A program made the translations under genes and the position numbers. Below the pieces are notes generated by a model. The model was not told where the DNA came from. It saw only the letters and a program-made list of their open reading frames with translations, and searched no databases. Below, one piece after another: positions 12,331 through 23,084 of a stretch of 30,312 bases of DNA (positions are counted from its first letter, which is position 1; every line of letters begins with the position of its first letter). The DNA lies in contig NW_021832623.1 of the NCBI RefSeq assembly GCF_006345805.1, positions 1 through 30,312 of the forward strand, written 5' to 3'. The DNA comes from Octopus sinensis (Eukaryota).

Positions 12331-12675
12331 TAATTGTTAGTTATGGTATTTCCAATGTCAGCAAAAAAAATAGCGCCAAGACCACCAATACGCTACAATT
12401 CCTGACAATCTTTAGCACATTTGGGTTATTTGTAACAGTCGCAACCAAATGTTAAAGGCACCGTATTTTTTGACTAAAAATCCATATTTGTGGCAAAATT
12501 TCAAAAAGTCTAAAAAATAAAATAATTTTTTAACTAAGATCGATAAGTTTGCAACAATTATAAAAACGTCGATGAAATATTTCTGGCAATTTAAAAATAG
12601 AAAAAACAATCCGTCCATATATTGGAGGGACCTTTTTAAAAAACGCAAAAAATAAATCTAATTTTATTTAATAGG

Positions 12676-12850
12676 TCAATATTTCGAAGTTCCGCCTTAA
12701 TTCCTTACTACTAAATAAATTCTTTCCGGAATGAATTCAAAAAGTCATACAATGACGTCTTTTTCGATGTTATTCCATGCATTTTTTATCTCACTCCATA
12801 ATCTCTGATTTGAGGACGCAATGACGTTTCTCATTCTATTTTTTAAACCC
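12676..12850 (-). pseudogene. Tc1 transposase C-terminal remnant
   Basis: RLWSEIKNAWNNIEKDVIV*LFEFIPERIYLVVRN*GGTSKY* matches the Tc1 terminal W..i....i..L..SmP.R...Vi..kGg.TkY motif. No TIRs seen. Confidence 0.7.
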
Positions 12851-13259
12851 AATTTTTTCAAGGGGCATTCTGAGGGTTGGCCAATTTTATGCCTGGGTGA
12901 TGGATCATCATGTGAGTCAAGTACATGTGTGTTGTTTATTTTAATCAAAATCCAAAAAATATATTTTTTAATTTTTTTGGTGAGAAGGTTTTAAGGACCT
13001 CATCATCGACGATATTCTTGATATGTAAGTTTTTTGGGTAGAAGATTTTTGAAGGACATTATCATTTTAGACTTGTTACCCATTATTGCCGAATTATAAG
13101 AGGGAAGGATTTTTAGATTTTATCAGTAGTTTGCCAACTTGAAGTTGGTGTGCACACACAGACAGACACCATACCATTTTATTATTAAGAAGAAAAAGAG
13201 GATTAATCAAAATCAAAAAACATAATTATTAGTGAGGTTAATTAGATTAAGGAGATTCA

Positions 13260-13789
13260 TTATAATCGAATATTGACACCAATTTTGTTTTCTGAATTCA
13301 TAATATTCCAGATAGTCCTAAACGCAATTCTGGCGCCTCCGACCATTACATCGCTGTCGAAAAACTTCCAAGTAAGATGTAGATGCATCGGCTATATGAT
13401 AAATATATCAAAAATACTATTGTAGGTATATTGGGAAGTATCTTTTTATAAGTAAAAGAGATTTTATCTCCTTTCACAGGTGGACAATTTCCCAAAACAT
13501 AATCACATGCATTGGAAATTGTAAAAATAGGAATGTGCGTTTTCATGACTGCTGTCGCTTTAAAATTGCTGATTGGCTCGGCTATAAATAAAATCGTATC
13601 TATACATATTGTTAGATTTATTTGTATCTCAAATTCTTTGCCTGCATATACAATACATGAAGTCATGTTACAATTTTTCACATCAATGCCTGTTATTTGT
13701 ATTTTTGCCAAATCCCCGTAATATTTTTCAAATGGTATTAGATCGCAAGTCACATTAGACAAAATAAAAATAAAAATTGTTATTATCAT
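13260..13789 (-). CDS. NPC2: NPC2-like ML (MD-2-related lipid-recognition) domain secreted protein
   Basis: Signal peptide MIITIFIFILSNVTC; C...C pair (CNMTSCIVYAG); NACDYVLGNCPPVKGDKISFTY. A 24-nt and a 26-nt GT-AG intron extend the frame to LTWKFFD... and a TAA at 13260-13262. Confidence 0.75.
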
Positions 13790-13892
13790 ATTTAATCACA
13801 GACGCTAACCTAATTATTTTAATGTTAATTTAATCAAACAAATTTTATTATTAAAAAACTAAAAAAAATTCTTTTAATTAAAAATTTTTTAC

Positions 13893-13970
13893 TTGGAATC
13901 CGAGGGAAAATGAACAAAGCTGAAACTTAAAAGAATTAAAGAAAGGGAGCCACCTGGAGTGGAGCATGCG
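13893..13970 (+). rRNA. Short degenerate SSU (18S) rRNA fragment, not a functional gene
   Basis: 13916-13970 matches the recalled eukaryotic 18S consensus AAAGCTGAAACTTAAAGGAATTGACGGAAGGGCACCACCAGGAGTGGAGCCTGCG at 47/55 ungapped positions by hand count, with weaker similarity just upstream. It ends at the Tc1 insertion. Confidence 0.75.
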
Positions 13971-13975
13971 ACATA

Positions 13976-15615
13976 CAGTGGGGCAAAAAAGTCATGGCAC
14001 CTTTGCAAATTTTGACTAAATTTAACAATTCTTTGCAAAAAAATTATTAAATACATTACTTTAAAAAATAAATTAGTAATATAGAACTTTTTAGATAAAT
14101 TATTAAAAAAACTATCTTAAAGGGAATTATTAATAGTGCACTAATTAACGATTTATTTTTAAAAGTCAATTTTTTGAGAGAAAAAAGTAATGGCACGAAA
14201 TCCAATTAATATTTAGTTGCATTCCCTTTTGCTAGCAGAACTGCTTCCAATCGTTTTTTTAAGAAAAAATTAGTTTTTGACATTCTACTTTAGAAATATT
14301 TTTCTATTCTTCGTAGCAAATTGTTTTTAATTCCTGGATATTTTTTGGTTTTCTTAAGCCAACTTTTATTTTTAATATTTTCCATAAGTTTTCGATGGGA
14401 TTCAGGTCTGGCGATTGACTTGGCCATTCCAAAACATTTATTTTGTTTTTTTCTAACCATTTAACGGTTACTTTTGACTTGTGCTTAGGATCGTTGTCAT
14501 GCTGGAATGTCCAATGTTGTGTCAAATTTAAGTTCGCGACCGAAGGTAAAAGACATTTTTCCAAAATTTCGCAATATTTAAGAGAATTCATCATTCCATC
14601 AATTACAAATAGTTCACCAACACCTGTTGATGAAAAACAACCTTACAACATGATACTACCTCCCCCGTGCTTTACGGTAGGTACGGTGCATTTTGGGATA
14701 TACGCCTGATTTGATTTGCCCCAAATTGAAAGCGTGTAGTTCAGTCCGAAAAGTTGTATTTTGATTCGTCCGACCACAAAATATTGTTTATGAATTCATT
14801 TTCTTTGTTCAAAAGATTTTTTGCATATTGGATTCACGCTGAAAGGTGTATTTTCTTTAATAACGGAACTCGACGGGGCCTTCGCTTATTGATACCTTCT
14901 TTGCGTAGTGTAGAAGTGATTGTACGAAGGGACACTGACGTTCCTGTGATTTTTAAATTATCGGCCAATTCTTTTCGAGTTATTTTTGGGTTTGAAGTAA
15001 CTAATTTTTTCATTAATGAAGAAGAACGCAGAGATATCTTTTTTGGAGCACCCGATCTTGGTTTATTAATAACAGTTCCGCGTTGCTTCCATCGAGTAAT
15101 AATATTTCGAACAGTACTTTTTGGTAATATCAACAATTTAGAAATCTCTCCATAACTTTTACCGTTTTGCTGGGCAGTTACAACTCGTTGTTTTAGGTCT
15201 AAAGAATGCTCTTTCCTCATCGACGAGATAATTTTAATAAAAGGCGAAAAATAAAAGTATATTTATACTAATCGGAATCTACTAATCAATTATATTAATA
15301 GAACTAAGAATCAATTATTTCAAAGAAAAAACAAGGCACCAAAAGATAATCATTTGTATTTTATTGTCAAAAAAATCCATATTTTTTGATAGTGTCATCA
15401 CTTTTTTACACATCAAATTTGACGTTTTTCTAAATATGAAGCAAAAACAATTATATTTATTTGAAATTCATGAATATAATTAGCACGAAATGGGTTCAAA
15501 AGAATGCAAGATTTTATTGTGTAGCATGATGAACTAAATCGAAAAAGTTATCATTGTAAAAATATATTGAATTACAAAAAAATGATAGGTGTGCCATGAC
15601 TTATTTGCTCCACTG
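13976..15615 (-). mobile_element. Full-length Tc1 (DD34E) element with IR/DR-like ends
   Basis: TA at both flanks. Near-perfect TIRs CAGTGGGGCAAAAAAGTCATGGCAC and CAGTGGAGCAAATAAGTCATGGCAC. Inner copies of the motif lie at about 14180-14200 and 15390-15410. Confidence 0.95.
14206..15220 (-). pseudogene. Tc1 transposase, inactivated
   Basis: Paired-like HTH N-terminus, WSDESK, QHDNDPKH, WPSQSPDLNPIE (D-34-E). Three in-frame stops and a 1-nt deletion near 14250. Confidence 0.9.
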
Positions 15616-15713
15616 TATCGTTAATAGATACCGAATCCTTGTTCATAGTGTCTGTAATCAAATTTTAGTTTATATTAATTGTTAATATTTTTGAAAAATC
15701 TAAATGCTTCATA

Positions 15714-17216
15714 CACCCCTCGACAAAAAATTTGGTTGTTTAATCTTTCCTGCTTTTTTTCATTTAAAAACGAATAAATTCATACTTTAAGATCCTTTAG
15801 ATCTTCTAAAATAATATTTATTTTGTATTTATAATTAAAATAGATTTAAATTTTAATATTGCAAGAAATTTAAAGCATGTCGGCAATTAGGTTAGTGACA
15901 AAAATTGGTTATAAAATTTAAACCGTCAAATTATGCTAGTATTTAGAGATTGATCTTAATAAAAAAATATTTTTAGATATAATACTCTCGATTCGTTTAT
16001 GAAAGGGAAAATAATTGCGCTATACGACTTAAATATGTCATATATTAAAATTTCTAAAGAAACCGGTGTTCCATATTCAACAGTCGTAAATTTTATCAAG
16101 AAATACAATAAAACTGGATCATATGACCGCCAACATGGTTCTGGAAGACTATCAATTTTGAATAATGTGCAAATTAATCATTTGGTACGCACATCAGAGG
16201 AAAATTCATCTTTAACTGCTTCTGAACTCTCTAATGAAATAGAAAAGTTTTCTGGAACACGTGTCTCGTCTCGAACCATAATACGAAATTTAAATAAAAA
16301 TTGAATTTTCGGAAGAATTGCAAAGAAAAAACCACTTCTAACAAAAAAACACATGGTTTCCAGATTCGAGATCGTCCAAAAATTTCTTCAAATTTCAGAC
16401 CATGATTTTAGATCAATAATCTTTTCTGATGAATGTATTTTTGAATTATTACCGATCCAAAAAAGAAAAATTGTGTATAGAAAAAAATTTGAAATGAATA
16501 AATTCGAAAATATTACTCCAACTGTCAAATTTGGAAAAGGTAAATTATGATGTAATAAAAAATTAGGGAAAGTCATGGGGTGGGGTTGTTTTTCCTATCA
16601 TGGGGTAGGCGATTTGGTATTTATAGACAAAACGCTTAATTCTGCAAAATATCAATCTATTTTGACCAATAATTTGCCATTTTCTGTACAAAAAATGGGG
16701 ATTGTTGACTATATTTTTCAACAAGACAACGCTCCCTGCCATACATCAAAAATGATTATTCAATATTTTCGCGAAAAAAATATTAAAAAATTAGAATGGC
16801 CTTCGCAATCTCCGGATTTAAATCCGATAGAGCATTTGTGGGCTTATATGAAGGTTCAAATTAGGCAAAGAAAAAATGAGAACATTCAGGCACTGAAGGA
16901 AAATCTATTAGATATTTGGAATTCTATTCCATCAAAAACACTTGAAAAATTAGTTGAGTCAATGAAAAAAAGGTGTTGGGAGATCTATTCGGCAAAAGGA
17001 GGTTATTCTACATATTAATCTAACAATAACCAAATTTTATGCCAATGAAAGTCGTTGTTTTTTCCAAATTTCTTAGACAAAATTTCAAAATTTAAATAAT
17101 TAAATTAATTTTTATCAATTTTATCAGATTTTAAAATATATCTGAAGAAAAAATTAAATCATTCTTTGTATGAATGAAGTAAGTTGAAGATTCACCAATA
17201 TTTATGTCGAGGGGTG
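15714..17216 (+). mobile_element. Full-length Tc1 (DD34E) element, second family
   Basis: TA flanks at 15712-15713 and 17217-17218; TIR CACCCCTCGACA(A/T)AAA at both ends. Confidence 0.93.
15876..17018 (+). pseudogene. Tc1 transposase with two predicted introns and a single nonsense codon
   Basis: ATG at 15876, predicted 87-nt intron 15890-15976 and 27-nt intron 16540-16566. Motifs FSDE, QQDNAPCH and WPSQSPDLNPIE are present. The only lesion after splicing is TGA at 16302-16304. The 5' intron is less certain; ATG 15999 is an alternative start. Confidence 0.85.
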
Positions 17217-17518
17217 TAATTTATGAAAATGTCAAAACAAGAATCTTCTGAAGGAGCAAGCCTGTCTGCACAGTTCATTTGTTTTTTTGATGATTAGAAG
17301 ACCTAATTTTAGAGATTGAAACCGGAAATAACAATGAGATCTGTCAAATTATTACCCCCCTCACAACCTAAACCAAATTAGCGTTCAGTATTCATTGATT
17401 TTACTTTTTCTATTAAGGTCTACTTATAAATTATTTTATGGAATTCAATGGAAAACTTAAATTATTTCAATTTTAATTTTAAATCATGTTAAAATTTTAA
17501 ATCATGTTAAAATCTCAA

Positions 17519-18998
17519 TTAAGTCGTCTTCTTAATTCTCTTCATGTGTGTTTTTATTGTCTTTCCATCTTGCATTTCGACCTCTACAACATTGTGTGCG
17601 AATATTTTTGTTATTGTTCCTTCTTCGCTATAAATACTTTCAAATTTCTTCAACGATAGTGCTAGGTTGGTCCCATAATCTTTAAGAATCTTTTATAAAT
17701 ATATTTTTTTACTTTACCTTGTTGCCCAATTCAAAAGCATATTTTGATTGATGTACTCTCATTTTTCGATTCATTTTTCTGTAATATAATGAATTCAAAT
17801 TTGTCGGAGGAAAATTAAATTTGAATTCATTTCCATCTATAAAATAAATAATGAGAAAATAACCTTTTATATAATGGTTTCCTTCTTTTGCAGTATCACT
17901 TTCTTCAATAATTTCGCTCTCAGTTTCTTCTTCACAAACATCAACATGCATAATTAATGGATTTCTTTGTTCTCCAGTCTCACTTTCCTCAGTAATGTTT
18001 TTTCTAAGTATAGAAACAGTTTCTTCTTCAAAGACATCATCATGAATAATTAATGGGTTAGATCCTTTAATATCGCGGTATCTATGAAATGGAGTATCAC
18101 CTAAAAAGTTTGAGAATGTGACAATTTAACCTGTAGAAGAATGTTTGGTTAAATTGTAGAAATATACTGCCTCTTTAATATGCTTTGTCCAACATTTTTC
18201 TGAAGATTCCGACATCATTTTAGATAAGCTTCTCGTAATCGTTTGATTGAACCGTTCAACAATTCCATGACTCCTGGGGTTATTTGGTCGGCTATGTATT
18301 TGCTGAATTTGGAATTTTTGACAAATCTCCCGTATGTAAGAATTTTTAAACTCTGTCCCATTATCCGATTGAAGATATTTGCATGGTCCGTTTTCAAAAA
18401 ATAAATCTTTAAGTTGTTCCGCAACTTCTTTCCCACTCTTATTCCGCAAATTCCTTGTGTAGGCATACTTAGAATAAACGTCGATAATTGTGAGTAACCA
18501 TGAATATGACTCATTACTTTGTTTGAATCTGATAAAAATAAATTTTAAAATTTTCTACCTCCTTAGATCTATCAAATCTATCTGATATCTTTCATTTGGA
18601 AGATTTGCAACAATATGATTTTGCTCATCGCCAACTTTTAATGGTGTGGAAAAACGGCACACTTCACAATCTGACACTACTTTCCGAATAATTTCCCTTT
18701 TTATTCCGAAGTAACTGCGCATGCAATGGTATTCTAAGCTATTGTGTCCACAATGCGATATGTTGTGGATCTGCTTCGCGACCAAATCCATCTCTTGAGT
18801 GTTGTCTTTGGAAATAACCAGCTTATGATCTCCACACGGTTGTCTCAGATAAAGTCGTCCATTAATAAGAATAAATTTTTCCGCCTTCTTTCTCAACCGG
18901 TAATTACGGTGTCTAGATTTATGAGAACAGGTTTAAGAATCCAAAATTCGACACAAAATGTCGTATTCTTCGGAATTTTTGATGAATGAACGAGACAT
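17519..18998 (-). mobile_element. Stand-alone retroviral-type integrase (Ginger2/TDD or KRBA2-like) with four micro-introns
   Basis: HHCC finger (HNISH...CEVC); QIDLID, QSDNGTEF and VERFN with D-35-E spacing; C-terminal SH3/GPY-F-like tail. Introns at 18529-18558, 18101-18130, 17837-17863 and 17690-17717. One premature TAA at 18933-18935. No RT, RNase H or LTR seen; termini not identified. Confidence 0.85.
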
Positions 18999-19055
18999 TA
19001 ACAAGATAAATATTACACGCTTATTTTCTTTATTCATTCTTGGATGAAGTATGTA

Positions 19056-20969
19056 CAGTATAACCTCCATTTGGGGCATCAATTTTGAAAAATTGCCCCA
19101 AAAATAGAGGTTTCCCCAAAAATGGAGGTCTGAAATTTTCTTTATTTTTATAAAAATTTTAATAGTTTTAGCATATTTTTCATTAATTTATAAATAAATA
19201 AAGTATTTTTAAGAACATTTAAACATGTTTTCCACTAATTTTATTGATAATTAGAGTATTTTTCAAGTAGAAAAAAATTTTTATTCTATTACACGAAAAT
19301 AATCTGTTATTTTGTTTCCTGTTGCAGATTTCTTCATATGTATGCCCAATATTTTTCTGAAATTGTAATAGTCTTTTAACGCATCGGGAAACAAACGGTG
19401 AATATTCTCTTCAAGGTTATTCATTGCTGTTATCGTGTCCAAGTGTGAACAGTTGCATTCAGTTTGGTCATATATTGACTCATCATTATTTTCTTCTTCA
19501 TTTTCAGCAATTACGTCTGCAATTATCGTGTCCAAATTTTCTTTCTCACTGTTAACTAAAAAATTTGAACTAGGAATCTGTTGCCGATAGTTATTAATTG
19601 TTTCCCAACAATTCGTTATTGTTTCAGGATTTAAATTTTGCCATGTTTTTCCAACAATTATTATGACATGACGAAGATTTATTTTTTTAAATTAACAATT
19701 TGTAACTCAACGTCCTCAAAATAAAGAGTAAAATCCAATAAAGCGTTAAGATAATTGGACTTGAAAGATTTAATAATACCCATGTCTAACGGTTGAATTA
19801 ATGAGGTTGTATTTTTTGGGAGAAAAAACAATTCAATGTTGGAAAGATGGATATATTTGTGACAGCTTGCGTTATCAAGTAACAAAACAATTTTTCTCTT
19901 TTGCGTAATCATTTGTTCATTTGTAATGGTGAGCCATGTAATAAATATTTCTGATGTCATCCAACTGTTTTTAGATGATGAATATGAAACTCCATGTTCT
20001 TCAGGGTTAAAGTTTTTCATACAACGTGGGGATTTATATTTTCCTACTAACAATGGCTTCAATTTTTCGCCACAAGCACTGACCGACAAAAGAATAGTAA
20101 ATTTTTCTTTACTCCTTTTAATTCCGAAACAATCTTCATCCGAACTTACAAATGATTTTGAAGGTATCCTTTTAATATATAACCCAGTTTCGTCGCAATT
20201 AAAAATATTTTGAAGACCATATTCTTTTACGTATTCATCATACTTGGAAAAAAACATATCAAGCGAAGAAACATCGGAAGAATTTTTCTCTCCACTAATT
20301 GTCTTAAATGACAACATATGTCTTTTCTTAAATTTTTCCAACCAGCCATTGGACCCTTTGAACGCCGAATAATTCAACATCCTTGCTACTTTGGAAGCAA
20401 TATTTTTTAAAAGAGGACCGGACACAGGAATAAATTCTTCCCTTGTCTTGGTGAAAGCCTCAAAAACAATTTTATCCAATTTTTGGGATAAAGTATGAGG
20501 AGAGCGTTGAATATTTCTGGGAAAATCTGTTTGAACAGCCCCAGTATTAAAAAAATTGAGATAATTTTTTTTAATACGTGACACAGCGCCTAAAAACTTA
20601 CATTAATAAAAAACCTTTACTAATTTTGTACTTATCTACAATATCTCGTTCAGTAAGATGTTTATTTTCACTTAATTCCTTGGCAATTTTGATCTTTAAC
20701 TCAAGACTAAGCTTACGAGCCATAACAACAAGAATACAAAAATTACACGAGGCTTCCAAATGAAATTTTATATAATTAATTTTAATTTTAATAGCAAATA
20801 TGTATATAAATTAAAAATCCTGTGCCCCACTTAGAGGTTCCGGTAATTTCTAAATTTGGAAATTACCGCATAAAAATTATATCCTTTTCAAACTACCCCA
20901 AAAATAGAGGTTTCCCCAAAAATAGAGGTTCCCCAAGCCAGAGGTCTGCCCCAAATGGAGGTTATACTG
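19056..20969 (-). mobile_element. pogo/Tigger (CENP-B-like) DNA transposon, full length
   Basis: Perfect 23-bp TIR CAGTATAACCTCCATTTGGGGCA, TA flanks, and subterminal CCCCAAAAAT(A/G)GAGGT repeats at both ends. Confidence 0.95.
19281..20723 (-). CDS. Tigger transposase (DD29D), intact except for one apparent 1-nt deletion
   Basis: ATG at 20723 and a 25-nt intron at 20590-20614. Motifs FKGSNGWLEKFKKRH, NCDETG, LLDNASCH and QPLDMG are present. The frame breaks only in the A-run near 19682. Confidence 0.85.
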
Positions 20970-21005
20970 TAATTCACAAATTGAAAAATAGTCAGTTCTT
21001 TGTAA

Positions 21006-21437
21006 CTAATTATCGGCGGAGGATAAGATGGAATGGCAATTCCCACGCAAAATGGCTATTGATATGCGTTGAAAAAGCCATGTCCGTTCTCGATGATCGT
21101 TTTTCCTTCTACTTGCCAGATCCCCCAATTTAATGAGAAATTTTTTAGTCCTGGGACCGAGGACACCCGACGTCTCCGCTGCGACCGGGGCGAGAATATA
21201 ACGGTGCGATAAGGCGCCGTATTTTTTGATCTTCAGCGTTTCTGCCAGGTTAGCTGCGGAGCCCGGCTCTGAAGCTGACGTCAAGATGTTCCCGGCGGAG
21301 AAGGTATCCGTACAAGTAGCGTCCCAGATGAGAGACTTGCCATTTTCAAAGGGGAAGGTCGTTAGACCATCAGGACGTTTACCATCCTCCCGAGCTAACC
21401 CGACCGGTTCCAACTGTGAAGGGAATCCGGCAGTTAA
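21006..21437 (-). pseudogene. 3' end of a CRE-like non-LTR retrotransposon (restriction-like endonuclease domain)
   Basis: EPVGLAREDGKRPDGLTTFPFENGKSLIWDATC...QRISIAILRGN contains the RPD-type RLE motifs. GC-rich. Confidence 0.85.
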
Positions 21438-21469
21438 TTAATCTCGGTGTGGTATTACGTAATGCATGC

Positions 21470-22268
21470 ATGCTACCAGGCCTTTGCTTTATTTTGATAT
21501 TTGAATATCAGAATAAGATTCCAATTGTTTTGCAATTGCAGATGAAGAGATTCTTAAATTTTTTTAGCAGAACGTCCGATCAGACGGATAGATCTGATAG
21601 ATAACTTCTTCGGTCTCCCTCTTTCTCCATTTAAAATGCCGTTTATTCCGTTTTTTCGGTATTTTTGTACAATCTTAGCAACGGTGTTCTTGCTAATCTC
21701 AAGTTTCTTGGCAATTTTTTTGTATCCATAGTTGTACTCGTGTAAGGAAATAATACGATTTTTAATATCTGAAGAGAGATCAACATCACGAAAGTTCATG
21801 TTAATTATTTTGATAATAAGATAATTATTTAGTTAAATAATTACTTTAAGATAATAAAAAAACATAAACTAATAATAATAATATTTTTGTATATTAAATA
21901 AAACTTTATTAGGTAATTTTAAGGCACAATAGATGTTGAATTTGTTAACAGTGTACTATTTATGGACCATTAATTTAATCAAACAAATTTTATTATTAAA
22001 AAACTAAAAAATTCTTTTAATTAAAAAATTTTTTACAAAAATACATTCTGTATCGACACTGGTGTGGTTTGGTGCGAGCATTCATTAATTTTTTTTCTTT
22101 AATTTTTTTTTAATTTTTTTAATTTTGATTTTCTACAAAATGAAAAATTCATTAAACTTTAAAATAGATATAATTTACAAAAAAATAATTAAATAAATGT
22201 ATTATTCTAACAGATATAAAATTTTTTCGACAAAAAAACAAGGGGTGTAATATCTTTGGACCATACTG
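21470..22268 (-). mobile_element. Truncated Tc1 element (5' TIR plus N-terminal third of the transposase)
   Basis: TIR end ...TTTGGACCATACTG followed by TA at 22269-22270, with an inner repeat at about 21950-21970. ORF 21554-21799 encodes an HTH and GRPKKLS. The right half is missing. Confidence 0.8.
21970..22036. repeat. Copy of the NPC2 upstream AT-rich segment (13826-13892)
   Basis: Near-identical TTAATTTAATCAAACAAATTTTATTATTAAAAAACTAAAAA...TTTTTTAC, differing mainly in A-run length. Confidence 0.8.
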
Positions 22269-22399
22269 TACAATACATGAAGTCATGTTACAATTTTTCA
22301 CATCAATGCCTGTTATTTAATCACAGACGTTAACCTAATTATTTTAATGTCAATTTAATCAAACAAATTTTATTATTAAAAAACTAAAAAAAATTCTTT
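22269..22399 (-). pseudogene. Partial, internally deleted duplicate of the NPC2-like gene
   Basis: 22269-22318 equals 13649-13698, and 22319-22399 closely matches 13794-13874. The junction has a 5-bp TATTT microhomology. Confidence 0.9.
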
Positions 22400-22680
22400 G
22401 CAAAATTTTTTTAGAGCTATTCAGCAAGAACAGGCCAGATCTTTGTTTTATTCTTCAGTTTTTTAACAATCACTTCAAGCGATCCAAACAATTAAACATT
22501 AAAAAAATATCTAAAATAATTAAAATTCTCCAGTAAATTTTTATAGTCTACACTAGGGACCTTCTGTACTTTAAGTGAACATTCTCTAATATCGATGGCG
22601 CCCAATTCCCTTTACGTTCTTCTTAGTAAAGAAAATAATTGGTCTTAATAAGGTTATTTTAGAGTTTGCGTCATGAGGAG

Positions 22681-23084
22681 TCATGGACTTTCAAATTCGA
22701 AAAGGATTCGGACAAACTGTTTGATCGTACTTGTGATAGCTTCAATTTCATTTTTGGCACTGTAGTGCAGATATTCTGATGTGTTAGAAAGGTCAAGTAG
22801 AACAATACAAAACCTCTTGTTTATTCCCTTTATTTTTTATACGTGTGTTATTATCTGTTTTTTTGTGCTACATAAATTATCAATAAAATTTAATTTCGTA
22901 CAAATTTTTTTGACACTATTTTAATTTGTTTGATTTATTTCCATGTTGTTTATTTCTGTATAGTTTACTTATTACTGTTCATTGTTCTTATGTTTATTGG
23001 TTCTCCAAATTCATATTTATCCAACAAATCGATTTGAAGGCATATATAAATACTGATAAACATTATTAACAGTGAACAGTGCAT
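22681..23084 (-). CDS. Putative small secreted protein or pseudogene, product unknown
   Basis: The N-terminus MHCSLLIMFISIYICLQ is signal-peptide-like. Predicted 53-nt and 27-nt GT-AG introns give about 107 aa. IVLLDLSN weakly resembles a VWA DxS start; no family firmly recognised. Confidence 0.3.

Noticed and set aside
12340-12650. Possible Merlin/IS1595-like transposase remnant (RIGGLG on the minus strand)
   Set aside because: Only one short motif; the expected VEIDES and WVFG motifs are not recognisable.
15618-17400. Short reading frame that joins across the second Tc1 insertion (MNCADRLAPSEDSCFDIFINYEAFRFFK)
   Set aside because: It is short, contains stops and has no identifiable homology.
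17486-19003. TGTTAA..TCTC as candidate Ginger TIRs
   Set aside because: The right-hand copy overlaps the integrase start codon and there is no matching TSD.
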